From: Alkalispirochaeta sp.
Lineage (GTDB): Bacteria > Spirochaetota > Spirochaetia > DSM-27196 > Alkalispirochaetaceae
Direction: 5' to 3'
DNA: 64,000 bases
Assembly: GCA_965242725.1 (NCBI GenBank)
Contig: CBDESZ010000007.1
Coordinates: 1 to 64,000 of the forward strand
Part shown: positions 1 to 9,854 of the stretch, piece by piece
Numbering within the stretch: the stretch's first letter is position 1
How the letters are laid out: each line of letters opens with the position of its first letter
Translations under genes and position numbers: made by a program
Notes under the pieces: model-generated
Told to the model about the DNA's origin: nothing
The model's database searches: none
The model's input: the letters and a program-made list of their open reading frames with translations, nothing else

Positions 1-367
1 CTGGTAGAGCCGACTGCCGAAGAACAGTCGCGATCCATACGAAGAAAGAAGGGACAGTCCAACCGAGAGAATAATCATTTCCGTCGGACCGACGCCACGT
101 CTGGAGAGAGGGCCGGTATACCAGTAAATAGGTAATAACGCTGAGACAGCCGGTGAGCAGTGGCCGCCGGTATGATTGAAGAATAGAACCCAAGCCCCAG
201 GACCGTGTTAATCAGGACGGCAAATACGCACCAAGGTCAGATTTTCCGCAAACGCTACGTTTATAAAACCATTTAAATAATAGACAAGCGTGAATCCGGC
301 CGCCGCGAGAAATAAGCGGCGCCGCTTCGAAAAGTCCCAGAATCAAAGCATTTGAAATGAACGACAT
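1..367 (-). CDS. Branched-chain amino acid ABC transporter permease (LivH-like), 5' part; runs off the window and carries several indels
   Basis: Manual translation from the ATG at 367, correcting single-base indels, gives MSFISNALILGLFEAAPLI/LAAAGFTLVYYLNGFINVAFAENLT/LGAY/FAVLINTVLGLG. This matches the LivH N-terminal 'GxTLxxGxxxxxNxAxxE' pattern. Not in the ORF track. Confidence 0.6.
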
Positions 368-397
368 AATCCCCCGCAATTCTCCTAAGGCAGTACG

Positions 398-410
398 ATC
401 GATAATCGAT
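398..410. promoter_or_regulatory. Palindromic operator-like site ATCGATAATCGAT upstream of the LivH-like gene
   Basis: ATCGAT-A-ATCGAT lies about 30 bp upstream of the ATG at 367, with TTGACA on the minus strand at 432-437. Its exact reverse complement occurs at 7821-7833. Confidence 0.55.
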
Positions 411-476
411 AATCAACCCCAATCCTGGATTTGTCAAGGAAAAAACGCGCCGGTCGATGGGTGAGTAAAGTCCTGT

Positions 477-1670
477 TCAACTATCCACCGGCGCAAATGC
501 CTTCTTTGTCGCTACGCCCATGAAAATTCCAACGATCGCACTGGACACATATACGAACCCCATGGCGATAAAGACGGAAGGCAATCCGAACCGATCGGCA
601 AGATACCCCGCCAGTGCAGCCGCGACGGACCCGACGCCGAAGAGCATAAAGAATTTAAGTCCGTAGCCGAGTCCCTGGCGCTTGGGACTCAGATGACGGG
701 AGACGAGTAAGTTTTGAACCGGTTGTGATGTAAACGCGAAAAATGCCTGGGCAATCGCCACTATCACAAGGAATATTCCGGATGTAAACGCCATGGAAAG
801 CGCCAGAATTCCCGCGACCAGTGTTGTAACCGCATAGAAAAACTCCGGAAAGATACGGTCCGATAAGATTCCACCGATATATTGTCCCAGCAAACCAAAA
901 AGGAGCGCCAACGTCGCAATCGCTCCGCCGAGAGTTACCGGATTGAACGAGGACTGATTTCCGAAGGCACTCTGAGACATATATACGGGGAGAAACGTAG
1001 TCAAACCTTTGTACGCCATGCCCAGAAAAGCAAAGGACATATATAACAAAACCAGCATTGCCGGCTTGCTGCTCAATTGTCCCTGTTGTCCCGGCTCCGG
1101 AGATGTCTGCCTGGAGACAACGGGACGACGCTGTACGGCCAGCGACCACATCCCTACGGCAAGTCCGGCTATTCCAAATACAACGTGAGGTACCCGCCAC
1201 CCGAAGCTGGATCCAAGCGACGCTGCGAGCACCGGTGCGGATGCTATGCCCAAACTGCCGCCCATTCCGTAAATACCAAACGCTCGCCCGCGCTCGTTGA
1301 TTTCACGGCTGATCATGGACGAACCCGCCGGGTGGTAAATACTGGCAGCGAGTCCGACAAACGCCATGAGAATCAGGTAGCCGCGGTATTCCGTTACGCC
1401 TATAACCAGGATGGAAAAGCTGCCGGCAGCGACCAGATAGATAGTTATCAGCTTACGGGAGCCAACGGTATCGGTGAACCACCCCGCCGGGAGAGAACCA
1501 AATCCGAACATATAGGTAAAAACCGTCACGACCAGACCCATTTGGAAGTACGTTGCCCCGAACTGAACCATAAGGAGCGGAATAAGCGGCGGTATCACTC
1601 CCTCAAAGAGATGTACCAACCCGTGTCCGGCAAAGTTGAGATAGGCAACCTGTCGCTCATGCGTTTTCAC
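477..1670 (-). CDS. MFS transporter
   Basis: 397 aa with about 12 hydrophobic segments and MFS motif A-like GWFTDTVGSRK and GYLADRFG. Confidence 0.9.
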   Translation of the reverse strand: MKTHERQVAYLNFAGHGLVHLFEGVIPPLIPLLMVQFGATYFQMGLVVTVFTYMFGFGSLPAGWFTDTVGSRKLITIYLVAAGSFSILVIGVTEYRGYLILMAFVGLAASIYHPAGSSMISREINERGRAFGIYGMGGSLGIASAPVLAASLGSSFGWRVPHVVFGIAGLAVGMWSLAVQRRPVVSRQTSPEPGQQGQLSSKPAMLVLLYMSFAFLGMAYKGLTTFLPVYMSQSAFGNQSSFNPVTLGGAIATLALLFGLLGQYIGGILSDRIFPEFFYAVTTLVAGILALSMAFTSGIFLVIVAIAQAFFAFTSQPVQNLLVSRHLSPKRQGLGYGLKFFMLFGVGSVAAALAGYLADRFGLPSVFIAMGFVYVSSAIVGIFMGVATKKAFAPVDS

Positions 1671-1690
1671 TGGATAACCATCACGTACCG

Positions 1691-3947
1691 CTATTTTCCC
1701 GTTGCCATTGCTCTCCAGACACGCTCCGGTGTTAATGGAAGATCACGTACCGCGACTCCCACGGCGTCCCGTACGGCGGCGCCAAGGGCGGGAGCAACGC
1801 AAAGGAGGCTGCCTTCGCTCACTCCTTTTGCCCCATAGGGTCCGGGACCGTCGCCGTTTTCGATGCTGTCACTGATAAGCTCACGGGGCAGATCCTTGCT
1901 TGTAGGGATGCGATAATCTATCGCCCCAAGGTTCCGGACTCGTCCCGCCTCGTCAAAGATATAATGCTCCATCATAGAGTGGCCCAGTCCCATGATCGCC
2001 GCCCCGTCATCCTGACCCCGGACCTGCATCGGATTAAGGGATTTCCCCGTATCACCGACGGAGACGTGGCGGAGCACGGTCATTTCGCCCGTTCCCGGGT
2101 CTACTTCAACCTCAATGGCGGTACAATTGAACTCAAAGAAGGTGGCCGTTCCACTCAGGGGATGACCGGTGACTGCATCCTTGCGTCCGATCCCGTTCCC
2201 GATAACTTCACCCCCCATCCTGCCAAGACCTGCCTGGGCGACTTCCACAATTGTGTGTTCCTTGTCCGTGCCCGGTACCCGAACGATCCCGCCTTCTATC
2301 GTTATTGCCGATTCTTCGGCACCGTAGAGGTGTGCCGCGGTTGTGCGCACCTTCGACTGGATTTCACGGCACGCGTTGAGAACGGCGGACCCCATTATCA
2401 CGGTAGAACGGCTTGCGGAGGTTTGCTGGTCGTAAGGCACCACCGAGGTATCCCCCATGACAACGGAAATGCGTTCTACCGGGAGCCCCAGCTCCTCGGC
2501 AACGATCTGAGTGAAAACCGTTCTGGCGCCCTGACCCATGTCGGAGGTACCGGAGAAGAGAACCGCGCTGCCATCGGCGAGCAACCGTACCGTTGCATAG
2601 GAGAGTCCGGTCGTCGGACCGGACTTGGCCGCGACCGCCAAACCGCGCCCTCTGCCGGGAGGCAGTGGTGTTCCCCAGTTGATCAAATCCGCTGCGCGTT
2701 TTACCGCCTGGTCCCAGCGACCGTCCGCGGGTGTATCTCCGGGAACAAACTCTTCCTGATATTTCGCGAGATTCTTGAGCCGGATTTCCAGCCGGTCGAT
2801 CCCCAATGAAATCGCACCCTCGTCGAGGTTCATCTCCCGCGCCCAGGAAGTCTCCGGTACGCCAAAACCACGCATGGCCGTGGCGGGGGGTGGTATTTGA
2901 AAGCACTGCACGGGCGATAATACGCACTGCGGGAACGCGGTAGGGACCACCGGCAAGATAATTTCCCTTACTGACCACCCGGTCGGCAATGTCCACATAG
3001 GCTCCGATGAGGAAATTGCTCTCAATGTCTTCAAAAACCAGGGTCCCGTCTTTACGCAACCCGGTACGGATACGCACTTTCGCCGACGTGCGTCGGACGG
3101 CCTGAAACGACTCCTCCAAAGAGAGGACCAGACGCACCGGTCGACCTATGCGAATCGCCATAAATGCCGCAAGTGGCTGAATGTTGATCCACTGTTTGCC
3201 TCCAAAACCGCCACCGGCGTCGGGTGCGATAATCCGCACTTTTGACAATGGCATGCCCAGTACTTTTGCCAGTATCTTCTGCGCCTGAAATGAATGCTGA
3301 ATTGTAGTCCACACAATGACGCCGTCCTCATCCGGCGCGGCAACGCAGCCAAGCGTCTCAATGGCAAATTGAGTCACGATGGGGTACTCATAGGTATACT
3401 CAACCACTAAATCCGCCTCCGACTCAACAGCCTCCACGTCACCCCACCCGAAATGATGCTCGGTGAAAATGTTGCTCTCGGCGAACGGATCATCCTTGTG
3501 CCGCAGTGCCGGATCCTGTACCAGCGGGGCGTCCGGTGCGAGAGATGCGTCGACGCTGAATACGGCCGGCAGATCTTCATATTCCACCTTGATCAGTTCC
3601 ACCGCTTCCTCTGCCGCTTCTTTCGTTTCCGCCGCGACCGCCGCAACCGGCTCTCCGTGGTAATTCACCTGGTCGACGGCGATCACAGGTCGGTCCTGCA
3701 CCTGCGGTCCGAATCGAGGGACCGGCTGAGGAAGGTCCCCGGCAGTCATGATCAGCCGGACTCCCGGTACTTTACGTGCCTCGGTTGTATCGATCGAAAT
3801 GATCCGCGCCCGGGCCGAGGGAATCGTCACCAGTTTTGCATGCAGGGCATCGGCCGTCTTGAGGTCCGCCAAATATCGTTGAGTCCCGGTGACGCGACCC
3901 AGACCGCCGGAACGTGAGAGAGATGCTCCGATTACCGCTGATTTCAT
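1691..3947 (-). CDS. Xanthine dehydrogenase/aldehyde oxidoreductase family molybdopterin-binding subunit, frameshifted at about 2885-2890
   Basis: ORF 2364..3947 carries the N-terminal half (GGGFGGK). ORF 1691..3034 carries the C-terminal half (AMRGFG, DMGQG, SASRST, GAKGVSE). Removing one base from the G6 run joins SNTTP to ATAMRGFG. Confidence 0.88.
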
Positions 3948-4420
3948 TTTTTTACCACCTTTGCGGCGTCAAGGACGGCCTCGGTGATCTGCATATATCC
4001 TGCACACCGGCAAAGATTTCCCGACAGCGCCTCCTGTATCTGCTCAACAGAAGGATCTGCATTGCGAGAAAGCAGGTTGTGAGCCGACATGAGCTGCCCG
4101 GGAATGCAAAACCCGCACTGTGCGGCACCATGGTCCAGAAATGACTGCTGCAGGGGACTCGGATGCCCATCCACAGCCAATCCCTCGACGGTGAGGATTT
4201 CGCACCCGTCTGCTTCCACGGCAAGCATTAAGCAGGAGTTTACCGTACGACCATTTACAATGACCGTACAAGCTCCGCACTCTCCTACCACACAACACTC
4301 TTTGGTACCGGTAAACCCCAGGTGATCCCGGAGAAAATCAAGCAGCGTATGACACGAGGAAACGTTCTCCTCATAGCGCCTGCCGTTCACCGTCACATTG
4401 ATTGGGTAATGATCGTTCAT
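3944..4420 (-). CDS. (2Fe-2S)-binding small subunit of XDH-family enzyme
   Basis: Motifs GTKECCxxGECGACTV, QCGFCIPG and GNLCRCAGY. Confidence 0.95.
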   Translation of the reverse strand: MNDHYPINVTVNGRRYEENVSSCHTLLDFLRDHLGFTGTKECCVVGECGACTVIVNGRTVNSCLMLAVEADGCEILTVEGLAVDGHPSPLQQSFLDHGAAQCGFCIPGQLMSAHNLLSRNADPSVEQIQEALSGNLCRCAGYMQITEAVLDAAKVVKK

Positions 4421-5286
4421 GCATGTACTCCTTCTGCCAGTCGTTGTATTGCCGCGTGTATCGCCCGAATTCCAAGGACGGGAAGCATAGCCAGGCGATA
4501 ATCCGGACCGGCCCGCATGGAGCGTGGAGAGGGGCTGGCACCTGCCAACATATCTTTCAGAACTGGTGCTTTTACGTCGTCCGAGGCTTCCGGATCAGAA
4601 AGAACGCCGCTCTCGTCCAAGACAAGAACCGGCCGCGGTCCAACACTACCGTAGGAAAGGCGGGTTACGCCTGTCTCGTCAATCCCGACACATAGTGTGA
4701 TAGAAGCCAGATCCGTACCCCGACGGCGCGTGAGCCGGGTATACGCCGAACCCGTTCGCACTACGGGTAGCGGTACATCCACCCCGACTACCAACTCTCC
4801 AGGTTTCAGGGTCGTTTTTCTGGAGCGAACAAAGAATTCGTTCAGAGGGAGTGTCCGATCACCGTCGGGTCCGACTGCACGCACGGTGGCGCCGTAAACC
4901 AGCAGCGGTGGGGCGGTATCGGCGGCCGGCGAGGCATTGCATATGTTCCCAACCAGGGTAGCCCTGTTACGAATCTGAACGGAACCAACCCATCCGGCGG
5001 CCTCGGCCAGTGCCGGAAGGTGCTCCTTGACAACAGTACTCTCTTCAATATCCGTCATTACCGTCCTGGCGCTGATCTTCAGTACGCCGTCGACTACTCT
5101 GACGGCAGGATCAAGTTCAGAAATTCGTTTGAGATCGATTATCACTTTGGGACGTACCTGTCGACCGCGCAACGCGATTACCAGATCTGTACCTCCCGCG
5201 AGGATATGTGCCTCGGATCCGTACTTTGCAAGCAGTTCCACGGCGCCGGCGACCGTTTCCGGTCGCTCATATTGAAAACACCGCAT
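4417..5286 (-). CDS. FAD-binding medium subunit of XDH-family enzyme
   Basis: Motifs AGGTDL, QIRNRATLVGNICNASPAADT. Start placed at MRCFQY, behind an AGGAGG RBS. Confidence 0.93.
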   Translation of the reverse strand: MRCFQYERPETVAGAVELLAKYGSEAHILAGGTDLVIALRGRQVRPKVIIDLKRISELDPAVRVVDGVLKISARTVMTDIEESTVVKEHLPALAEAAGWVGSVQIRNRATLVGNICNASPAADTAPPLLVYGATVRAVGPDGDRTLPLNEFFVRSRKTTLKPGELVVGVDVPLPVVRTGSAYTRLTRRRGTDLASITLCVGIDETGVTRLSYGSVGPRPVLVLDESGVLSDPEASDDVKAPVLKDMLAGASPSPRSMRAGPDYRLAMLPVLGIRAIHAAIQRLAEGVHA

Positions 5287-5398
5287 ATCAGACCTCCTGA
5301 TAGATTCACGCGTTATCAACGCGGGAGATTTTCTCGCTGTCACCGTTTGATAAATAATTATACAAACGAGTATCTATAATATAAAATACCAGCAATTT

Positions 5399-7738
5399 CT
5401 AAAAACTGCCTTCTTCCGCGCGGTCAATGCCTTGCAGCAGCATGAGATCCTCGTGCAGCTCCATCCATATATCGTGAAACGAGCCACACATCACGCCGGT
5501 AAACATCTTTGTTTCACCGGCCGCCACCCGCCGAGCGGCCTCCTGCAGGCGGCCGTTGTAACGAGTCATGCGGGGGAGGGGCGTCGCCAGCTGCACGATG
5601 ACGGGGTGGACTCTCTCAGCAAGCGACGCAAGAGCATCAATCTGCAGTTGATCGTAGGCGGCGTCACTATGGTCATTGGGACAGCCGTCTTTCATTTGCC
5701 AGCTGCCACACAGTGCTTTGAACTCGGTATTGAGTTCCAGAAAACGCTCGTAGGCGGGCGAGAGCGCCTCGGCCAAAGCCGGGTCGGCAGACGAGGCAAG
5801 GCGACGCTGCTGTTCTTCAGACCCTTCGGGCGTAAGCGTATACATGTTGCGAGGTTCCATATGGTTTACCAGACCTTTGGCCACAAGATTGTCCAATATC
5901 TCGGTGGGAATTATTCCCAGACTTTCCATGAGTCCATCAGGAGTGATGAAACCGCGTACCCGCAAAACGTACAGCACGAAATCTTCACATACATCTAACG
6001 GTGCCTCCGCCGGCGTTTGTCCCCCGGCCTGAACGGACGACGCGGAGACAGAATCAGTTGATGGGGGACGAAAATCGTCGAAAGTAAACGGAACGGATTC
6101 CGTCGACACTCGACCTGAGGCGAGCAAAGCCTGCGCCACAGCGAGACGGCTAAGTGGTACACGGAAGGGCGAGCAGCTCACTGAATCAACTCCGGCCCGT
6201 ATAAAAAAGTTCACCGAGTCAGGATGACCGGCGTGTTCACCGCATACGCCGAGTTTGATCGATGGTTTCGCCTCACGGGCCGCCTGGCATCCGATCTTTA
6301 CAAGCGCGCCCACCCCGTCAAGGTCTAACGCGGCGAAGGGGTTCTCGTCGAGAATCCCCCGCTTTTGATACGCCGGAAGCATACGAGACTCAACATCGTC
6401 GCGGCTAAAGGCGAAAGTCATTTGGGTCAGGTCGTTGGTTCCAAAGGAAAAAAAGTCGGAGGATTGTGATAGGGCACCTGCTACCAGAGCGGCGCGGGGT
6501 GTTTCAATCATCGCCCCGATCAAAATTGAATCGGCGGCCAAACCCGGGTGACCCGACTGATCCAGCGCGTCGGTTACCCATTGTCTGGCGATAGAAAGCT
6601 CACGTTCGTTAATTACCAACGGAATCATGATCTCGATCCGCGGGTGTTTGCCCCGCTCCAACAGGTTTGCGGCCGCCCTCGCCAACGCGCGAACCTGCAT
6701 TTCGTACAAACCGCTGCGCACCATACCTAACCGCACCCCCCGGGTGCCGATCATGGGATTTGTTTCACGCAGCCGCCGCGCCGCCGCCAGCTCCTTTGCC
6801 TCGGAGTTACTCAACGTGCCGCGCGCCTCTTTGGTCGTGAGCTCCAGGATATCCGGTAAAAACTCATGCAATGGCGGGTCTAACAGGCGAACTGTTACCG
6901 GCAACCCGTCCATGACCTCCAACACCGATTCAAAATCGGTAACCTGGGCTTGTTCAAGCTGATGTAAGCTCGCTTGTTCCTCTTCAGCCGTCTCGCTCAA
7001 TATGAAGCGGCGCATCATGGGGAGTCGATCGGGTGACAGGAACATGTGCTCGGTTCGGCACAGCCCGATTCCCTTTGCCCCCAATGTTCGACCCATAGCT
7101 GCATCGCTCTGGGTATCCGCATTGGCTCGCACTGCAACATTGCCGGTCTGCGCGACTTGATCTGCCCAGTGGAGCAGTTGATTGAGCTCGGGGGGAGGCG
7201 TATGGGATGACACCTCAAGCTCACCTATGTAGACGGCTCCCGTGCTTCCGTCAATAGTCAAATAGTCACCTTCACTCACCGGGGTACCGGCAATTTCGAT
7301 ACCACCGGCAACGACATGCACGTCGGCGGCGCCAACCACCGCGGGCTTTCCCCAACCGCGGGCAACAATGGCGGCGTGAGAACCAAGCCCACCTCGCGCG
7401 GTCAGAATCCCCTGGGCGGCCTGCATGCCCAACACATCATCGGGTGTCGTTTCCGATCGCACCAGAATCACCGACCGCCCTGCGTCAGCCATTGTAACCG
7501 CCTTTGCTGCATCCAGAACTACCTCACCCGCCGCAGCACCTGGTGAAGCCGGCAGTCCGGTCGTGATCGGTCGGGTAGTCACGGAGGTACTGTCCAACCC
7601 GGCGTGGAAGAACACATCCAGATCACCCGGGTGAATTGAATTGAGGGCTGCAGCGACCGAGTCCGGTCGTTGGTCGTGTTGCGCTACGCCAACGGCGTCA
7701 CGGATTGTCTGTTCAATGGATGCACGTAAAGTTCCCAT
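5399..7738 (-). CDS. Atypical PPDK-like protein: phospho-His swivel domain + PEP/pyruvate TIM barrel + extra C-terminal wHTH/helical domain; no ATP-grasp domain
   Basis: Motifs GLPASPGAAAG, GGLGSHAAIVARGWG, GIGLCRTEHMF, MIETPRA, SFGTNDLTQ, GVCGEH. There is an extension of about 200 aa ending in SFHDIWMELHEDL. Confidence 0.85.
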   Translation of the reverse strand: MGTLRASIEQTIRDAVGVAQHDQRPDSVAAALNSIHPGDLDVFFHAGLDSTSVTTRPITTGLPASPGAAAGEVVLDAAKAVTMADAGRSVILVRSETTPDDVLGMQAAQGILTARGGLGSHAAIVARGWGKPAVVGAADVHVVAGGIEIAGTPVSEGDYLTIDGSTGAVYIGELEVSSHTPPPELNQLLHWADQVAQTGNVAVRANADTQSDAAMGRTLGAKGIGLCRTEHMFLSPDRLPMMRRFILSETAEEEQASLHQLEQAQVTDFESVLEVMDGLPVTVRLLDPPLHEFLPDILELTTKEARGTLSNSEAKELAAARRLRETNPMIGTRGVRLGMVRSGLYEMQVRALARAAANLLERGKHPRIEIMIPLVINERELSIARQWVTDALDQSGHPGLAADSILIGAMIETPRAALVAGALSQSSDFFSFGTNDLTQMTFAFSRDDVESRMLPAYQKRGILDENPFAALDLDGVGALVKIGCQAAREAKPSIKLGVCGEHAGHPDSVNFFIRAGVDSVSCSPFRVPLSRLAVAQALLASGRVSTESVPFTFDDFRPPSTDSVSASSVQAGGQTPAEAPLDVCEDFVLYVLRVRGFITPDGLMESLGIIPTEILDNLVAKGLVNHMEPRNMYTLTPEGSEEQQRRLASSADPALAEALSPAYERFLELNTEFKALCGSWQMKDGCPNDHSDAAYDQLQIDALASLAERVHPVIVQLATPLPRMTRYNGRLQEAARRVAAGETKMFTGVMCGSFHDIWMELHEDLMLLQGIDRAEEGSF

Positions 7739-7820
7739 AATGACCTCTGTGAAATGTTATGTTCATCGCTGTACTACTTCCATTGATTTTATCCCTGGTT
7801 TTTGCACAACGCAAGCAATA

Positions 7821-7833
7821 ATCGATTATCGAT
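7821..7833. promoter_or_regulatory. Palindromic operator-like site ATCGATTATCGAT upstream of the PPDK-like gene
   Basis: Exact reverse complement of the 398-410 site, about 83 bp upstream of the ATG at 7738. Confidence 0.55.
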
Positions 7834-8021
7834 AACAAAGTTTTCCAGATAGGTCACGTCGGAATGTATCGAAATGCGTTTTTGGGTCGATCCTAAATGG
7901 CGGGAAATGGATTCATTGATGTATGGCACTACCTCGAGCAGGCGGTGACGCCATGGAAAAAGGTGACGTTATCGGTGACGCCGAGTTCTTCGGCACGGCG
8001 TGATTACAGCGGCCCGTCCCC

Positions 8022-9854
8022 TCACCCGGTCAATCGTACAAGTTCGGCGTAGCGGCCGTTGCGGGACATCAGTTCGATATGCGTTCCCTCTTCCACAAGC
8101 CGGCCGTGGTCGAGGACCATGATGCGGTGGGCGTCGCGAATGGTGGAGAGGCGGTGGGCGATGACAAAGGTGGTGCGGTTGCGGCTCAGCCTGACCATCG
8201 CCTTCTGGACGATCGCCTCCGTCGTTGAGTCTATGTAGGAACTCGCCTCGTCAAGGATGAGAATGCGGGGATCGCGTAGGAGCGCCCGGGCAAATGCGAC
8301 GAGCTGCCGCTGTCCCAGGGAGAGGAGGCGCCCCCGCTCTCCCACTTCCGTATTGTATCCGTCGGGAAGGGCGCGGATCATCCCGGCGATGCCCATTTCC
8401 TCGGCCACATTCCTGATGTCACTGTCGTCGGCTCCGGGCGTTCCCAGGCGGATGTTGTCTGCGACGGTGCCGGAAAAGACGCCCGCGTCCTGGGCGACAA
8501 GGGCGACGTTCCGGCGATAGGAGGCAAGGTCATAGTCGGCAAGGTTTTCCCCGTCCACAATGATCGCACCGGAGGCGGGCTCGTAGAAGCGACAGAGAAG
8601 GTTAATGATGGTGGACTTGCCGGAGCCCGTTTCACCGACGATGGCGTTCATGCCCCCCGGCACCGCTTCATAGGTGAGGTTGTGCAGCACCGTCTCGTCG
8701 GGGTTGTAGGCAAAAGTGACGTTGTCGAATCGTACCGTCGCGGGTCCCGCGGAACGTGTGTCGCCGACACGCTGTTTTCCACCCGATATCTTTCCGCCGA
8801 ATATCCTCCCGCCCGATATTTCCTCAGCTCCCGCCTCCACCGGTTCGTCGAGCATTGCAAATATCCGTTCCGCCGATGCCATCGCCCGGCTCACCTGGTT
8901 GAGCATGTTGCTTATCTTCTGCAGGGGCTGGAAGAATCGGTTCACATAGGAGAGGAAGGCGACGATGACGCCGACGGTGACGGCGCCGCGGGCGAGGAGT
9001 ATGCCGCCGCCGACAACGACCATCGTCGTTCCCGTGAGGGCGAGGGTGGCAACGCTCTGCCAGAACCAGGCGTTGAGGGGATAAAAGCGACGCGCCTCGT
9101 TGAAGTACTCCTCGTTTATTGCGTTGAAGTTGGCGGTATTGAGCTCTTCCCGGGCAAAGGCGCGGATCACCTTAATGCCCGATATCGATTCATTGAGAAA
9201 GGCGTTTACCGCAGACAGGGCGCGCTGTATGCGCCGTCCCGCACGGCGCAGCCGGCTCTGCAGGCCGAAGACGATGAGGATGAAGAGGGGCACCGTGACG
9301 ACAAGGATCAGGCTGAGCCGGGGATCGAGGACGATCATCGCCCCGGCGATGCCGAAGAGCATGAGCACGTCCACCACAACCGTATCCAGCCCCGCCCGGA
9401 GGAGCTCCTCAAGCACCTGGATGTCATTGGTAAGGCGGCTCATGATCTGTCCCGTTCGATTTGTGTCAAAGAAGCGGAAGGAGAGCTTCTGCACGTGGGC
9501 AAAGAGGTCCCGCCGGAGGTCATAGAGCAGCCGGTATCCGATGCGCATCATCAGCGTACCCTGCAGGCGGGCGGAGGCGAAGAGGAGGACGATGACTCCC
9601 GCCATCGCACCGACGAGGGGCAGCAGTCCGTCGGTGCTCCCCCGGGCGATGTGATTGTCTATGCCCCGCTGCAGCAGGATGGGTATGACGATGGTGGCGG
9701 CGACGTTGATTGTCGCCATGACATACATCACCGCCATTTTTGCGCCGTAGGGTTTGAGGTACGCCGTCAATCGGCGGAAGATCGACCAGTCAAAGGGCGC
9801 TTCGCTCTCTTCTTTCTGCACCGGTATGTCCCGGGTCCGTGAGCGGGTGATCAT
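8022..9854 (-). CDS. ABC exporter, fused permease/ATPase (heterodimer subunit)
   Basis: Six-TM N-terminal domain, Walker A GETGSGKS, signature LSLGQRQ, Walker B LILDEA. Confidence 0.93.
   Translation of the reverse strand: MITRSRTRDIPVQKEESEAPFDWSIFRRLTAYLKPYGAKMAVMYVMATINVAATIVIPILLQRGIDNHIARGSTDGLLPLVGAMAGVIVLLFASARLQGTLMMRIGYRLLYDLRRDLFAHVQKLSFRFFDTNRTGQIMSRLTNDIQVLEELLRAGLDTVVVDVLMLFGIAGAMIVLDPRLSLILVVTVPLFILIVFGLQSRLRRAGRRIQRALSAVNAFLNESISGIKVIRAFAREELNTANFNAINEEYFNEARRFYPLNAWFWQSVATLALTGTTMVVVGGGILLARGAVTVGVIVAFLSYVNRFFQPLQKISNMLNQVSRAMASAERIFAMLDEPVEAGAEEISGGRIFGGKISGGKQRVGDTRSAGPATVRFDNVTFAYNPDETVLHNLTYEAVPGGMNAIVGETGSGKSTIINLLCRFYEPASGAIIVDGENLADYDLASYRRNVALVAQDAGVFSGTVADNIRLGTPGADDSDIRNVAEEMGIAGMIRALPDGYNTEVGERGRLLSLGQRQLVAFARALLRDPRILILDEASSYIDSTTEAIVQKAMVRLSRNRTTFVIAHRLSTIRDAHRIMVLDHGRLVEEGTHIELMSRNGRYAELVRLTG
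8779..8823. repeat. Imperfect 15-bp tandem repeat x3 inside the ABC exporter linker
   Basis: CCACCCGATATCTTT / CCGCCGAATATCCTC / CCGCCCGATATTTCC, encoding EISGG-RIFGG-KISGG. Confidence 0.75.

Noticed and set aside
2885..2890. Split XDH large subunit as two real genes or a programmed frameshift
   Set aside because: One extra base in a G6 run explains it, the break falls inside a conserved motif, and similar indels occur elsewhere in the window. Probably a sequencing error.
7739..8021. Missing PPDK N-terminal domain hidden upstream by a frameshift
   Set aside because: Only about 280 bp is available, it contains an RBS and an operator-like site, and I saw no PPDK N-terminal motifs.
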